Positions 24,593-37,700 of a stretch of 64,000 nucleotides of DNA are shown here, piece by piece. The stretch spans positions 5,394,001 through 5,458,000 of the forward strand of contig CM106585.1 in assembly GCA_048013815.1 (NCBI GenBank), given 5' to 3'. Source of the stretch: Setoptus koraiensis. Its lineage: Eukaryota; Animalia; Arthropoda. The notes under the pieces were generated by a model that had not been told where the DNA came from, did no database searches, and saw only the letters and a list, made by a program, of their open reading frames with translations. Every line of letters begins with the position of its first letter. Positions within the stretch are counted from its first letter, which is position 1. Made by a program: the position numbers and the translations under genes.

Positions 24593-25510
24593 ATGGCGGA
24601 CGTAGACGACCCATATGAATCACTGCCCGGGTATAGTACCCCCATCTACATGATGGCCGGTTGTATTGCTGGAATATTAGAGCATTGTACAATGTATCCA
24701 GTGGATATGGTTAAGACGAGGATGCAATCAATAAAACCGCAAGTAGCTCATTCTACCATAAGTAAAACATTGATACAAATAGTTACTACCGATGGCTTAC
24801 TAGGCTCACTTCGTGGTATGTCACCTGTGGTAGCGGGCGCCGGTCCAGCTCACGCATTCTATTTTGCCTGTTACGAGAATGTTAAACGCCTAATACCCCT
24901 ACCACCACCTACAGCGAATAATCATAATCTTAAAAAGTCCATGTCTCATGGTCTCGCCGGTTGTGCCGCAACAGTACTGCATGACGCCATAATGAATCCC
25001 GCTGAAGTTATCAAACAAAGAATGCAAATGTACAAGAGCCCCTTTAAAAATTCAATAACATGTGCCAAGCATATTTATAAAACCGAGGGCCTTAAAGCCT
25101 TCTATCGGAGTTATGGGACATCTTTAACCATGAATTTACCCTTTCAAGCTATTCATTTCATGACATATGAATTTATGCAAGATCTAACTAATCCTCAGCA
25201 CACTTACAATCCAGGCGCGCATGTTATATCGGGTGGTTTAGCTGGTGCCTTTGCTTCTGCATTAACAACTCCATTGGATGTTTGCAAGACATTGTTGAAT
25301 ACACAAGAAAAGCTTGCATTGGTAGCAAATAAAAGTGATAGAGTCACAGGCTTGTTCAACGCATTGAAAATTGTTTATAGATGTTGCGGCTTCAAAGGAT
25401 ATTTCAGAGGTATTCAAGCTCGTATTTTGTTTGCTATACCATCCACTGCAATATCATGGTCAGTTTATGAATTTTTCAAATTTTTCCTAAATAAAGAAAG
25501 ACAGGCGTAG
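24593..25510 (+). CDS. mfrn: Mitoferrin, mitochondrial iron carrier (SLC25A37/28 family), intronless, 305 aa
   Basis: YESLP N-terminal motif, AGILEHCTMYPVDMVKTRMQ, HAFYFACYE, LHDAIMNPAEVIKQRMQM, FYRSYGTSLTMNLPFQAIHF, TTPLDVCKTLLNTQ. Three PX[D/E]XX[K/R] carrier signatures are present. Confidence 0.96.
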   Translation: MADVDDPYESLPGYSTPIYMMAGCIAGILEHCTMYPVDMVKTRMQSIKPQVAHSTISKTLIQIVTTDGLLGSLRGMSPVVAGAGPAHAFYFACYENVKRLIPLPPPTANNHNLKKSMSHGLAGCAATVLHDAIMNPAEVIKQRMQMYKSPFKNSITCAKHIYKTEGLKAFYRSYGTSLTMNLPFQAIHFMTYEFMQDLTNPQHTYNPGAHVISGGLAGAFASALTTPLDVCKTLLNTQEKLALVANKSDRVTGLFNALKIVYRCCGFKGYFRGIQARILFAIPSTAISWSVYEFFKFFLNKERQA

Positions 25511-27106
25511 AAAATAGTAAATAATCGTTTCGAGGTATAAATTAGGTTTCATCTAATTCACTTGTACCGGTAGTTAGTTAGTTTGCAGTTAATGTCGGAA
25601 AGTCGTGACATATGAAGCTAATTCAACCACTATAGTGAGCAATTGTTACTAATAATAGTAACGCAATGATGATCAGTTGGAATTGTTATGAAAGAGGTCC
25701 ACCTTTAGCATATATATTCGTAGCTTCCTTATTATATACAGTTTTGAGGCATTATATGCAGTTTTGATGGGTTGAGTTCAAGAAAAAAAAGTTTTAGACA
25801 CGCAAAAAGCGACAGTAAAAGATAAACACACAAAGCTAGGTGCAACACAAATAGCTGATAGTGTGCTAACGTTGTTTCATGCGATTGATGTAGTAACACG
25901 AAAGAGGGATAGAGAGTGAGGCAAGTTATAACTGCATTTGTCATAGATGAGATCTAACAACCACATCAGATATTATCGACGATGAGAGGACGGAAAGATA
26001 GTTATCATCATGACAAGTATCTTTCTTATTACTTTTCATTTTGTTTTGGAAAATCATCAAATAGTCGCTAGAGAATCGGTATCTATATATTGTCGACAAC
26101 AACAAATGCAACTAAAAAGTATTTGGTGGTGATAAACTTCTCATTTGTGTTGATGTATGTGAGAGAGGCACACATATAACATAATAATAACGATATATTA
26201 ATAATTTAACCTGATAGCGAAAAGGCATTTGCGTCAATTGTGTTGATGTTAAATCACAATGACAGAGCCCGGCAAATGCATATAGCATAGACAAATGGTA
26301 ACTTAACGTCATCATTAGGATCACCATTATATGAATCAAAATAATAGTCTATCTTGAAGCTCCACCTATATAAACTCGTATTACATAGGCCGAGCTTATA
26401 ACTACTATGTGGAGTACACTATGATAGTGGCAAAGAGAAAAATAATCATCCTGAACTAAGTTTTTTTATTGAATTTAAACTTGTAGTGCGCTACCAAGTT
26501 GGTTGTACGAGTGAGTAAGCTTCAATATAGTTATATATTTGTGCGGCTGTGTAATTAAGTTTTGTGTCTAATAATATGTTGTTGTTGTTGATCGTACATC
26601 ATTTTCAACGTTCTCTTCTAATTGTATTCGAAATGTGCAGCTTTCAAGTGTTCAAAGCGAGATAGAAAGAAATCTGTTTGTAAGATACACCTGTTTATAT
26701 TGCCAGAGTAATATAGAAGAAAAAGAAGAAGACGAAAAAATAAAATGCGATAAGAAAAGCAAGCAATAAGTAGGAATAATGAGAATAAGAGTAAGTAAGT
26801 TAACCATATGACTAAAAATATAAAAGTTCCTAAGTGAGTGTGTAATGAATGTAATTGTTTGGTTAGACAAGAGTGAGCGTTTTGCTTTCTGGCAAGCGCA
26901 CACACTAAACAGAATAATCGGGCCGATCACGTACGCAAAGTTGCATGAACAAGTCCAACTAAACGACAACAACAAGTGAGATAGATTAGTCAGGTGGCGC
27001 CCACAGAACGAACCACCCCTTGCTATTGAGTCAACACTATTGACTAGAGCAATATTTTCAACTAGCGGTCAAAGCGTCAAGCTAGAGTCGGGCATCCTAG
27101 AAAGTT

Positions 27107-27156
27107 CAGCAGCAACGAGTCCTCGTCAGGTAGACGACGAGGACTCGTTGCTGCTG
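27107..27156. other. Perfect inverted repeat: 21-bp GC-rich stem, 8-nt loop
   Basis: cagcagcaacgagtcctcgtc (27107-27127) is the exact reverse complement of gacgaggactcgttgctgctg (27136-27156). Confidence 0.9.
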
Positions 27157-28784
27157 GCGTGTGTGACTGGGACCGTCTAGGGGCGACCATTTATATATTA
27201 TTTATGTTTATGGGATGGTGGCAGTAAAATCAAGTGCACCTTGCACACATTATAACCACCGACTTGTACGCCCAAGCTGCAGAGCCTTCAACAGTGCATT
27301 TTGCGTTACGTGTGATGGAGGCTGAGCAAGCACAGTTCGTGTTTGGGCGCACACTGCGCGTCGCCATGACAAACTAGCTTGGCATAATGACCAAGTAGCT
27401 TAGCAAAAAGTGTGCAGCTTGCATTGCAAGTAGCAACACTGTCACCGGTGGCACACGCAGTGCGACTGCACAATCTGTGCTCGAGAGGGCACACAGTGCT
27501 ATCTGTCTTGGCCGTGTTGTTGATGTCGACAGGCTCTAGTGTAGAGTCTATAGTTTACAGTGTTTAGTTTGTTAGAGCAACACACGCACAAAGAAATATA
27601 CGTAATAATATGAGAAGTGTTCATCATAAAAAGTGCAATCTATATACGTGAGTGTGTGTGTGTCGGGGTGTGACCGTCAAAGTTCGATTTTTGTAAATCG
27701 CGATTCGATTCCGAAATGGTTCGCTCGAGCATCGAGTCTCAAGCGCGCACACGTGAGTGTGAGAGATATAAATTGCGTTGAGCGGCTGCAGAGAAACTGG
27801 TGAGACCAGCAAGGCAAGCCTGCGAGCAATGATACTACCGTCCAAGTAATACCACATCTATAGTGCACAATCAAGCCAGAATCGAATTTTAGCAGTGTGT
27901 GTATGATCGAGCCAGAATCGAATTTTAGCAGTGTGTGTGTGTGTGTATGAGTTTCGAGCACCAACGCGATATTCGCCATCGGATAGTGAGCCTGTGCGTG
28001 TGTGCACCATTGCCAGTCAATGTGAGTGTGTGTGTGTGTGTGTGTGTGTATTCGTGGTCGAACATCGACAACAATTCGACGCTTGCGACCACTAGCTGCT
28101 CGCAAGCGCCACCAGCGGCGCCAGTGGCACACAAGCATCAGTTGGTGCAAGTGAACAGACTGGACAGGCTGTTGTGTTGTTATCAAAAATTCGATTTTCC
28201 ATTATGTTCCATCTGCGTATTGGCACCATTGCTGGCAGCAGCAACCGTTTGTAACGTTGGCCACAACGAAATTCGCCATCGCACCAGCAACATCATTAAA
28301 TGATCCATATTATTCCATATCATCACATCATATTCGTTCCACGACAATACCCATCCGCAAACAATTGGTGCCCGTACACCCATTGCCCACATTAAGCCCG
28401 CAGTGCTGGCATGAATCACATATTATGATACCCATATTCACATCGCTCCAATCGCGTCGACAATCACAATAGGACAAACTATTATTATCACTGTTTTAGG
28501 CGGATATTTTTAGCCCGGCGTCACAGTGCCATCGTAGCGGCCGGCCCATATTTTTATTATTATTTTATTATTATTATCATTCAGTCAGTATTTTAATTAG
28601 TATTAGTGTCGTTGTCAGCATTACAAGCGCCACGCCAGTGCAAGACTAATTTTAGCGCCACAATCAGGCCAGCCAGCAAGCCAGCCAGTGAGCCAACGAA
28701 CCCGTCACTTCAAGACGCAACAACATCAACAATATTCAACTGTAGACAATATATCAACTATAGACAGTACATCAACTGAAGACA

Positions 28785-31700
28785 ATGCCGCCCGCAGCCA
28801 ACGAGCCCGGCACCGACGGCCAAATACACAAACGAACGAGCAACAATGAAACCCAAGAACGCCAGAGCCTGTTCCAGCCAATGGTCAAGACATTGGACGA
28901 GGAACGCGTCACTTGGTCGGCGATCATCAAGGTCTGGCTAAAGAACGCGGCAAGGAAGTACCACAGAACAAGGTGAGTCCAACCGTCCGACGTCAGTTGG
29001 TTGCTGGTCGCCAATTCCAACCACTCGACATCATGTTGTTTTTTTCCGCACATCTCACATTTGCAGCTCACTTCTGAGCTTACAGCTTTTGAATAGACAG
29101 CTCCAACCACAGCGTCGGCCTGGCTGCACAAACTGTTTGTGCAGTTTGCCACAGCAACAGCAGGCATAGCGCACCAAATTGTCGGATGCGTTCGACAAAC
29201 ATTTGCTCACTTGCCAGACAGACAAACAAACAAACAAACTAATTTCAGCTAGAGGAAAAGATAAATACACACACATGATCATCTCGCAATCGCACGGCCA
29301 GCTTGCTGGATCCGTATCATTTGCTCGTAGAGTTGATGATAAAATCAACAACTCGCGCTCTGTGTAATCTATATATCGAGCTGTCTGAGATGTAGAAATG
29401 TTGCCTGTGTGCGTTACTAGCATGTTCTCAGATTATATATCGACAATTATATGTCTGTGTGTTGTGTATATATTGGATCCTAGTTTAATCACAGTATCTT
29501 GTACATTGATATTGTTGACATATATACGTATATCCTGTTATCGATTCGCGTATCATTTGTTGCAGATCGTTTGTTATAATTGACGATGATTGTCGTTGAT
29601 GATGATAATAATAGTAATAATAATAACATTTAGTGTTAATGCTGGTAATGCGGCACATGATGATATAATGGAAATTAGATTTAGAATTTGAACTCTAATT
29701 CTATGCGGATAACATACCTTTTTTGATATACCCATAGATTACATACATAAATACATATGTATACCATATATCACCACGTCGCGTCCTCTCTCTCTCTCTC
29801 TCTCTATCTACTTATTATTTACATTATATGAGTGTTTCCCTGCACAATACCATCTAGATCTCAATCCTATCGCCAATCCATCTCATCAGGTGTCTATATC
29901 TTGCACATAGTATTTGTCAATTTTTGTTTTCTTGAAATTTGTACAATTTTTTAGATTTACATGTGTGTTTGTGTGTGTCTGTTTGCAATTCATTTGCATG
30001 TGTGATAGTATAACTAAAAAATCTAAAATCTAGAACCAGAATTGTCTGTAGAGTGACGATGTGACATATGTGGCCTAGTTGTCAGATGTTGCTGCACTTG
30101 AAGTCTATGCTGTTGTTGATCTAGAACATCTGTTGATATTAGCGTGTCATGAGATCATTAGAGGGGATAATTCGGATGGATTGATTTGAGTAATCATTGT
30201 ATTAGTATTAGTTGTTTCAATGTCAATTTATCTTTGATTACTTGAAGGAGATGATGATTGTTACGAAAGATGGTCGTTTTTAACATTAGATGATGGAATA
30301 TTTTGGTGGGGTTGTGGTGAATTATTTTTTTTGTTGTAGTTGCGAGAAGAATAGCTAGTGGTAGTGATTTTATCAGGAGAAAGTGTTTTTGGTGACGAAT
30401 TATTCGTATGATATAGATCATCATTAAGTTGACGGGTTGTATGTGATTGTAGATCGCGTTGGTGTTGTTGCCGAGAACATAAATATGGTCGATGCAATTG
30501 TATGCTAGAATCACTGAGTTCATTTGACGACATTGTCAGAGGCTTAGAAGAATCAGAATTCATGACAAACAACTGACCTCCATAGTCTTCTCTGACGCCA
30601 TCACTAGACAAATCAGTATCATCTAGATTACTGTAAAAATCGTTGTAGTTGATTAGGTGACTTAATGATGAAGACCTTTCGTCATTAGTAGATTTAGTAT
30701 TAGAGATGATGGAAGTTGTTATTTTGTTTTTGTTGTTGGTTGTTTTGATAGTGGAAATAGCAGTAGGGATATGATGTTGTTGCGGTAGAGGGGATGATTT
30801 GGTGGCATTGATTGTTTGTTTACTGTTGTTAGATGTTTTTCGTCGGTGCATGTATGCAACAACATTATCACCATCATTCAAACACGATACTTTTGTGCTC
30901 TTAGATGTACCATCGGGCGATGTCGACAATGTTGATGCAATATACGCCTGAGGATGCCTACCGTTAGAATATCTCCTTCCTTGAAAATTTAGTTGTGGTG
31001 ATTCAGATTGAATACTGTCATTGCCATTGTTCTTTTTGGAAATAATGGTTACATCATCTTCGCCATTTTCGCTGTTATTGTTTAGGTTAGGTATCGCTCC
31101 AGTTCTCATGGCATGAGTGGCTACCTTAGACAATGGCGATTGAATTTTGAACGATCTGCTTTGTTGGATTCGTGATGGTTCGTCACCATTGAACCCAAGA
31201 TTGTCCATACCAACGACATTGAGGGTGGACTTGGTAGAACGCATAACAGTGTCGCCTTGACTTGACTGAGAGCCACCCTGATCGGAACCGTCTTCTATTA
31301 TCTCTTCGTTGTCAGATTTTTGTCTTGCAAATAGACTGCTAACTTCCTCCAAAGATCTACCCCTGGTTTCTGGAAGTTTCCAGAAGAGTAAAAGCCAGCC
31401 GACCGAGGCGATAATTGAGTACATGTAAAATGTTCCATGAGTTGTTAATGCCTCTGTCAACGTTAAAAATGTCAAGGATATTATCATATTGAATAACCAG
31501 TTGACACTTGTTGCCAATGAATAGCATACACCTCTGGCCCACATGGGATAAATCTCAGAGTTTATAGTCCATGGCATAGGGGCCATACCTGGGAGAATAG
31601 ATTGAGTGGGATATTTATTATTATTTGTGTATTTCTTCATGAGTGGTGCATCACTGGATAAATAAATATATGTGTGTCGTGGACTCACCTGGCGCGAAAG

Positions 31701-34700
31701 CGGCTAAATAAAGTACCAAGCCTCCTAACACAAGCCAAGTGTTGAAGCTTATGCCTTGTGTGTTCGATGGACAAATCTGACTGGCAAAGACTAGAGTTGA
31801 ATTATCCTCTCCTGAACACGGTCCACCTATTGTAACATTAATGTAAAAAATCAATTATTAGTATCAAGATATTTGAGAACGATCTCAATCGCATCAAGCT
31901 TCAAGAAGGTTATTCAAAGAAGTTTACCTGTTGAGACTGAGTGATCATTGGGGCTTCTGAGGAGACAGAGGCTTGTTTGTGCTAGATCATGGGGGTCATA
32001 ACAGAAGCCGCATGCGGTGTTGGCTACACAATCGTAGCAGGACAGGTATCCATTGCACGGTTCATGGCCTGACATATTGTGCATTTGCACATTAGCTCCA
32101 TTGAGAGATGTAAGGTGGAATCCGGTGCCCAATACCAGTAAGGCTATGACAACTCCAAGTAAACTTCCTAATGTGAGAGTTCGCCTGCCCACCCTGTCTG
32201 CAAGAAAATATCCTGTCATTGAGAAGAGCATGTAGACAGCAGCAGTGGGTACAGCCAACCAGACTGCAGTTGAGGGTGAATTGACACCAGACATCTCTAT
32301 GATTGTTGCATTGTAATACATAAGTGTATTGATACCAGCCAATTGTTGTATGGCCTGTAGCAAGCAACCAACCATGAGTGCTCTCCTCGTTGCGGTCTTT
32401 CGTAATATGGACATAATTATATTTCGCTTCTGTTCCTTCCTCCTGGCCTTTTGTGATTCGGCTTCATTTGAGTTCTCTTTAATCATGTCAAATTCTCGCT
32501 TTATGCTCGGATTCTTTGGGCCTCTAATTTTCATCAATGCCTCAAAAGCCTCATCGTCGCGCCTTCGCTTTATTAGCCATCTAGGAGATTCCGGCATAAA
32601 CATGAAACCGAGAAATTGTAGAGCTGCCGGCACGGCGGCTAGTGATAACATCCAGCGCCAACCATTAGATTTGTCATAGCTGAACGCTCCGGCTGTTATG
32701 GCGGCGCACAATTGTCCAAAACAAATAAAACAATTGTTAAGAGTCACCAAGGAGCCGCGTATATTTGGTGGGGCCACTTCTGCAATGTACATTGGTACAA
32801 CTGTTGATGCAAGGCCTATGGCCACACCAACTGTTAGACGACCAAACAGTAAAATCCATTTGCTCCAAGCGAAACCCATTATAAGCGATCCAGTCGTAAA
32901 AATTACACTGGCGACTAGAATTATGACTTTTCTCCCATACGCCTCTGAAAGTGAGCCAGCTATTAATGAGAATATCCAGGCCCCCAATACAGTTATGCTC
33001 ACTACTAGTTCTTGCCAGAAATTGTTCAACTCAAAGCTCTTTCTAACAAAAACCATGGCACCCGACACTATACCGGTGTCATAGCCAAATAAGAAACCGC
33101 CCATGGCAGACAGTATAGACATGAGATAAATAATACTCGGTGGAGCTGATTCTATTTGTTTCCTCTTGAGGCCAATGCTTATCTTTTTACCCTGTGACGA
33201 TGCTTTACCCACGCCTGATTCTGGGCCTCTGTCAATCGTATTACTCGGAGTATCATAGTCATCCTCATCGTATGTCGGTATCATAGCGGTGACCATCTTT
33301 AGTTATGTCAGGTTATTGTTTGATTCTATTCAGTTTGCTCTTATTGTTGTGTAATTGCCAAACGAACTCTTTGTCTGTATCAGTCTAATTGTTATCTAGA
33401 GTCTTATTGTATTTGAGACCATCTATTGAAAATATCTAATTGAGAACAATAGTTAGCTTCGCCTGTGTAAATGTTTAGTGATTCTGAATTGTCTGACGAT
33501 ACAAATTCAATGTCGCTCTCACTTAAATAGATTAATGTTGCTTGCTAAATTCATTCCAATTAAGTTTTAGTTCTCAGATGATACTTTTTTGACTGACCAC
33601 AGAGTTGATAGTCGCTTTGTTGAATGATTACTAGAATTGTGACAAATGAAAACTGATTAATTTTATTGCCACTTGTTTCAAATTTGGTGGATTGTTTTTG
33701 CGACTAGTTTGTCGGTTTCGCAATTGTTCTAAGCTGTTGTTTGTTGTCTGGTATTGAGCCTCAGATTATTTTCTTTCTCTATTACTTTCTAAATGTTCGA
33801 TCTATCTTCGCTCTAAATACATGGGTCGCGTCATACAAACATAAATACTTTAAGCAGAGTTTTTCGTAGTTGTGTATAAATATCACCTGTTGATTGTCTA
33901 TGATATAACTAATAACTCTTTATGTTATTGTTGGTATATAAATTGTATTTCACTTTTGTTCCACTGATTAGCACCATAAATAATGTCACTAGTTCTAGTT
34001 GGGGAAAAAGTGCTTAATCACTCTCTCACTGTCGCTCTCTCTCTCTCTCTCTCCCTCTCTCCCTATTCTTATTCCCACAAAAGTTTTTAATCGCTCCGTA
34101 AAAATTTGTGCTTGTTGTAAACGACAACCTGTAATGTTGATTGTCTTTTTTACGTTAGATCATAAATTAGTTCATATGAGATAATAGATCTTGATTGGTA
34201 TAAACTTTTTCTTGTTTTCCAAACTTTTCTACTCTGCTTGAGCGTGTCGTGGTGAGATGAAACAATACGTTATTGTGATGTATATATTATATCAAGAGAG
34301 ATTGAGCTTGAATGAAGGTTATGAAGATAATCTTGCAAATAGTAGGCAGAAAGTGGATGTTTTAAAACTTTCAAATGTTGCTGCAATGTATTTTTGATGA
34401 TTATAATATCTCTAATGATAACTGTACGAGCCAAAAAATTATTGACATTCCTGTTGTACATGTATTCGTTCTTTGAGGATCGTTTTTGTGTTGTTATCTC
34501 TTCTGTTTCTATCGCTTACTGATTGGGATGTTCATCGATTTATTGCACGGGAGTCTTTTTGGCGTATCATATGAGGCATTAAATGCTGTCTGACTGTGTA
34601 TAAATAATCTTTTATGTTGATGTTGTTTTGTCTACTGATTATATTTAAAATGAGATGATGAAGTTGATTGCGTGCTCCCATGATCTTTCTCTATCTCTGG

Positions 34701-37700
34701 GTATATAAATATGTGTGTGTATCTATATATGCTCTGATTGATATGATTGATTTCAATTGTCAACAATAGATATGTAAGTGTTCTGTTCGCTGTATTCCTA
34801 TTTGTCTTACCATTAGTAAAGCTGTTAGCATAAATCTGTACGCCAAAATGACGATGTTGTTGATGATCATGTCCTACAGGGACGAAGATGACGGGCCCGG
34901 TGATAATAGGTATGGATTCTATTTGTGATTTTGAATCATCAACAGGTGATGATGATAGAAGCGTATGAAATTTTGTGTGTATGAGTGTGTGTGTATGTTT
35001 TTCGTGATGAAATTTTGTTTGTGTAATTAGCAAGTCTGTCTGCTGTGTTCAATACCATTGGGGATTCAACGCACCGGCAGCAGCTACTGTGTATCACTTT
35101 ACTAAACACGATTCAGTTTGCGATGATGATTACTAATTAGTATTAATTATTAGTCAAGTTAACTATAACAAATGCAACGAAAACACATATTTGGCACTGG
35201 GTGTTTGTGTAACATAATATTTCTTTATGTATTGATTGATTTATTGTGATCGACAATGCGGCCGCTTGCACCTAACAACACTCTGGCAAGTTTAGTTTAG
35301 AGTATGGTTCAAAACTCATAACCATCAAGTGTGCAAACAAAATAAAATTTACTAGCTTGCTAACTAAATGATATTTTCACTTGCGTGAACAAAGAAGAGA
35401 CATCCCAAACCTCATAAGATTTTACAACGAGAGCGAAAGCTGTGATAGAAAGAGTTTACTGCAACTTGTTGATAAGGCATTGTTTGTTTCCGAATCTGCA
35501 AGTGAAAATAAATGGCCTATATGCGTATTCACATTAACATAGCATAGTGCAGAGAATATGTGCGCTATGTTTAACTACATAATGAGCAGCAGCACAAAGT
35601 CATTTTGTGGTGATTACCTTTTTTCTTGCACTCACAATCACGGAATCAAGTGAAGCTGAATTAGGGCCGACTCTTCTGTTAATCAAGTTGTTATTTCATT
35701 CACAGCAACAATGCTGACATAGGTGACAATTTTTTTCCAAGGTTAGGGCCAGCATATGCAAAGCTGATTTTGTTTATGTTTTTGTCTAGCATCAATCAAG
35801 ATCAGACAGATTACTGCCACTGTAATCTGCTTCTCGGCACAAATATTTTGTAATATATAATTTCATTGTCGTTGTCGTCCGCATCATCGAGAATTTTCAG
35901 TATCAAGTTATTTTGTTGTTGTTCATGTGACGACACGTGAATGATGGTACCGGCATCACGATCCACTTTCAAATGGCCGTTAGTGAGCTGCCGACAATGA
36001 ACTCGCAACAAATGGTTGCAGCGTCAAATTATATTTAAGCAGCGCGACCTTGCCAGCCAGAGCAACAGCCTACCTGGCTGCCGTTCAACTAATAATAGGA
36101 TGAAGGAAGCTTATACATGTGTTTGGGAAAAGTTTCAAAGAATAACCGACATATGAATTTGGTCAATGACAAATCTAATTCCAACAAGCACACAGACTTA
36201 TTGTCGCTCGGTGCGCGTCATCACGTCAAACTCGACACTGCTGCTGCTGCTGCTGTTGTTGTTGTCGATCAAGTGCCCACAATCCGATTAGATATCATTT
36301 TTATTGATCAGTTGTTTCCACCATAACAAATAATGATCACTATAATATATTCTAGCCATAATCAGAGCAATCAATGGACCTTTTTGTGACGTAGATAATA
36401 CCAGGTGGAGGCAAGAGCCCAAGCAAAGAAATGAAATCAATGTTGCAATAGTTTGCCACTAATTTATGTGTGTGACGCTACTCGCTCGCATCGACTGATA
36501 TTTAAAACAAATTCAAATAATAATATTAATGAATTATTTGTAAGCAGACGCCATGTGTGACAACAATTGACGCCAAGCTCCAATGTGTGGTATCCGATTG
36601 GTGGCATTAGTAAGGCGCTCACTCTGTCCCTTAGTATCGGGTTGGCTTGTTTAAATCGTGCTGTTCTCAACGGTTGGTCACCATGGGATCCATAGATCGC
36701 TTGTGTAAACAAGTTTGCAGCAATAGTCACTATATTATCAACTTGTTATGTTCTGTTCCTTATATAATCTCTGTCTGGCATGAGTTAACTTATCACTTAG
36801 CTATGCGTCGTCAGCTCACAAGCAAACACAATAAGTGCGCTTTTTTATTATCCATCTCCCCTTCTATAGAAGCTTAACAATTCCGACTCTCATTTAATAC
36901 AATCACCGGCAAGAAGCAATCACGTGTAAACTATATGGCGTGGCTTAAGATTCGCTATCAAAACACAGTGTTCTTTTTTTTGTTGTTTGCGCCTGTGAAA
37001 TATATGTCACAGCTCATTTGTAAGCGCTCATTGTGTCTGTTTAAGACGAGTCGTCTCCATAAAATCTAATTATTTTATCCATTCACGCAAGGAGCAACAA
37101 TCTAACCGCAGATAGCTTCTCTGGCTGGCATAAGATTCTGTATGTGTAGCATTTTGAGCGAGCGAGAGAGGGAGGAGGGGAGGGAAAGCTGGTGGTTTCG
37201 ATTAGTGAAATTGCTAGCATAATTATCTGATCTGTCAACTGTGACACAGCGACCACCAGTCCCGAATACAGTGTCATTCTGGCTGCCACTTGTATGTGAG
37301 TGTACGTATTACGTCAGCTGATGATGATGAACCAAAATAAATCTCTTTCTCACGCACAATCTGTTTTGGATGAATTTTTCCATAATCTCCGCCGCCACCA
37401 CCGTCGTCACCCCAATTAGAAATGGTCGCACAGTCATAAAAAACGAATACTAATAGCGCCGAAACGAACGCGTGATACATCATTTCTATTGATGGAATTG
37501 TTTTTTTCCTCTACAGTTGTCACTCATCATCACCTTATAGAGAAAACAGCAACAATAGCACGGTGACAAGTTCACTGGTCAATGAGAGATTTAATGGAAA
37601 ATTTTTCCATCAACCATGATGATATCAGCACTTATTCGCTGTCATTGGCATAAACTTTGAACGCCACTTTTGTTGTTAGATTTTTTCTCTCCATGTGAGT

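Noticed and set aside
27680-27740. gttcgatt/gattcgattcc as a tRNA T-loop or Pol III B-box
   Set aside because: No cloverleaf, acceptor stem or A-box could be built.
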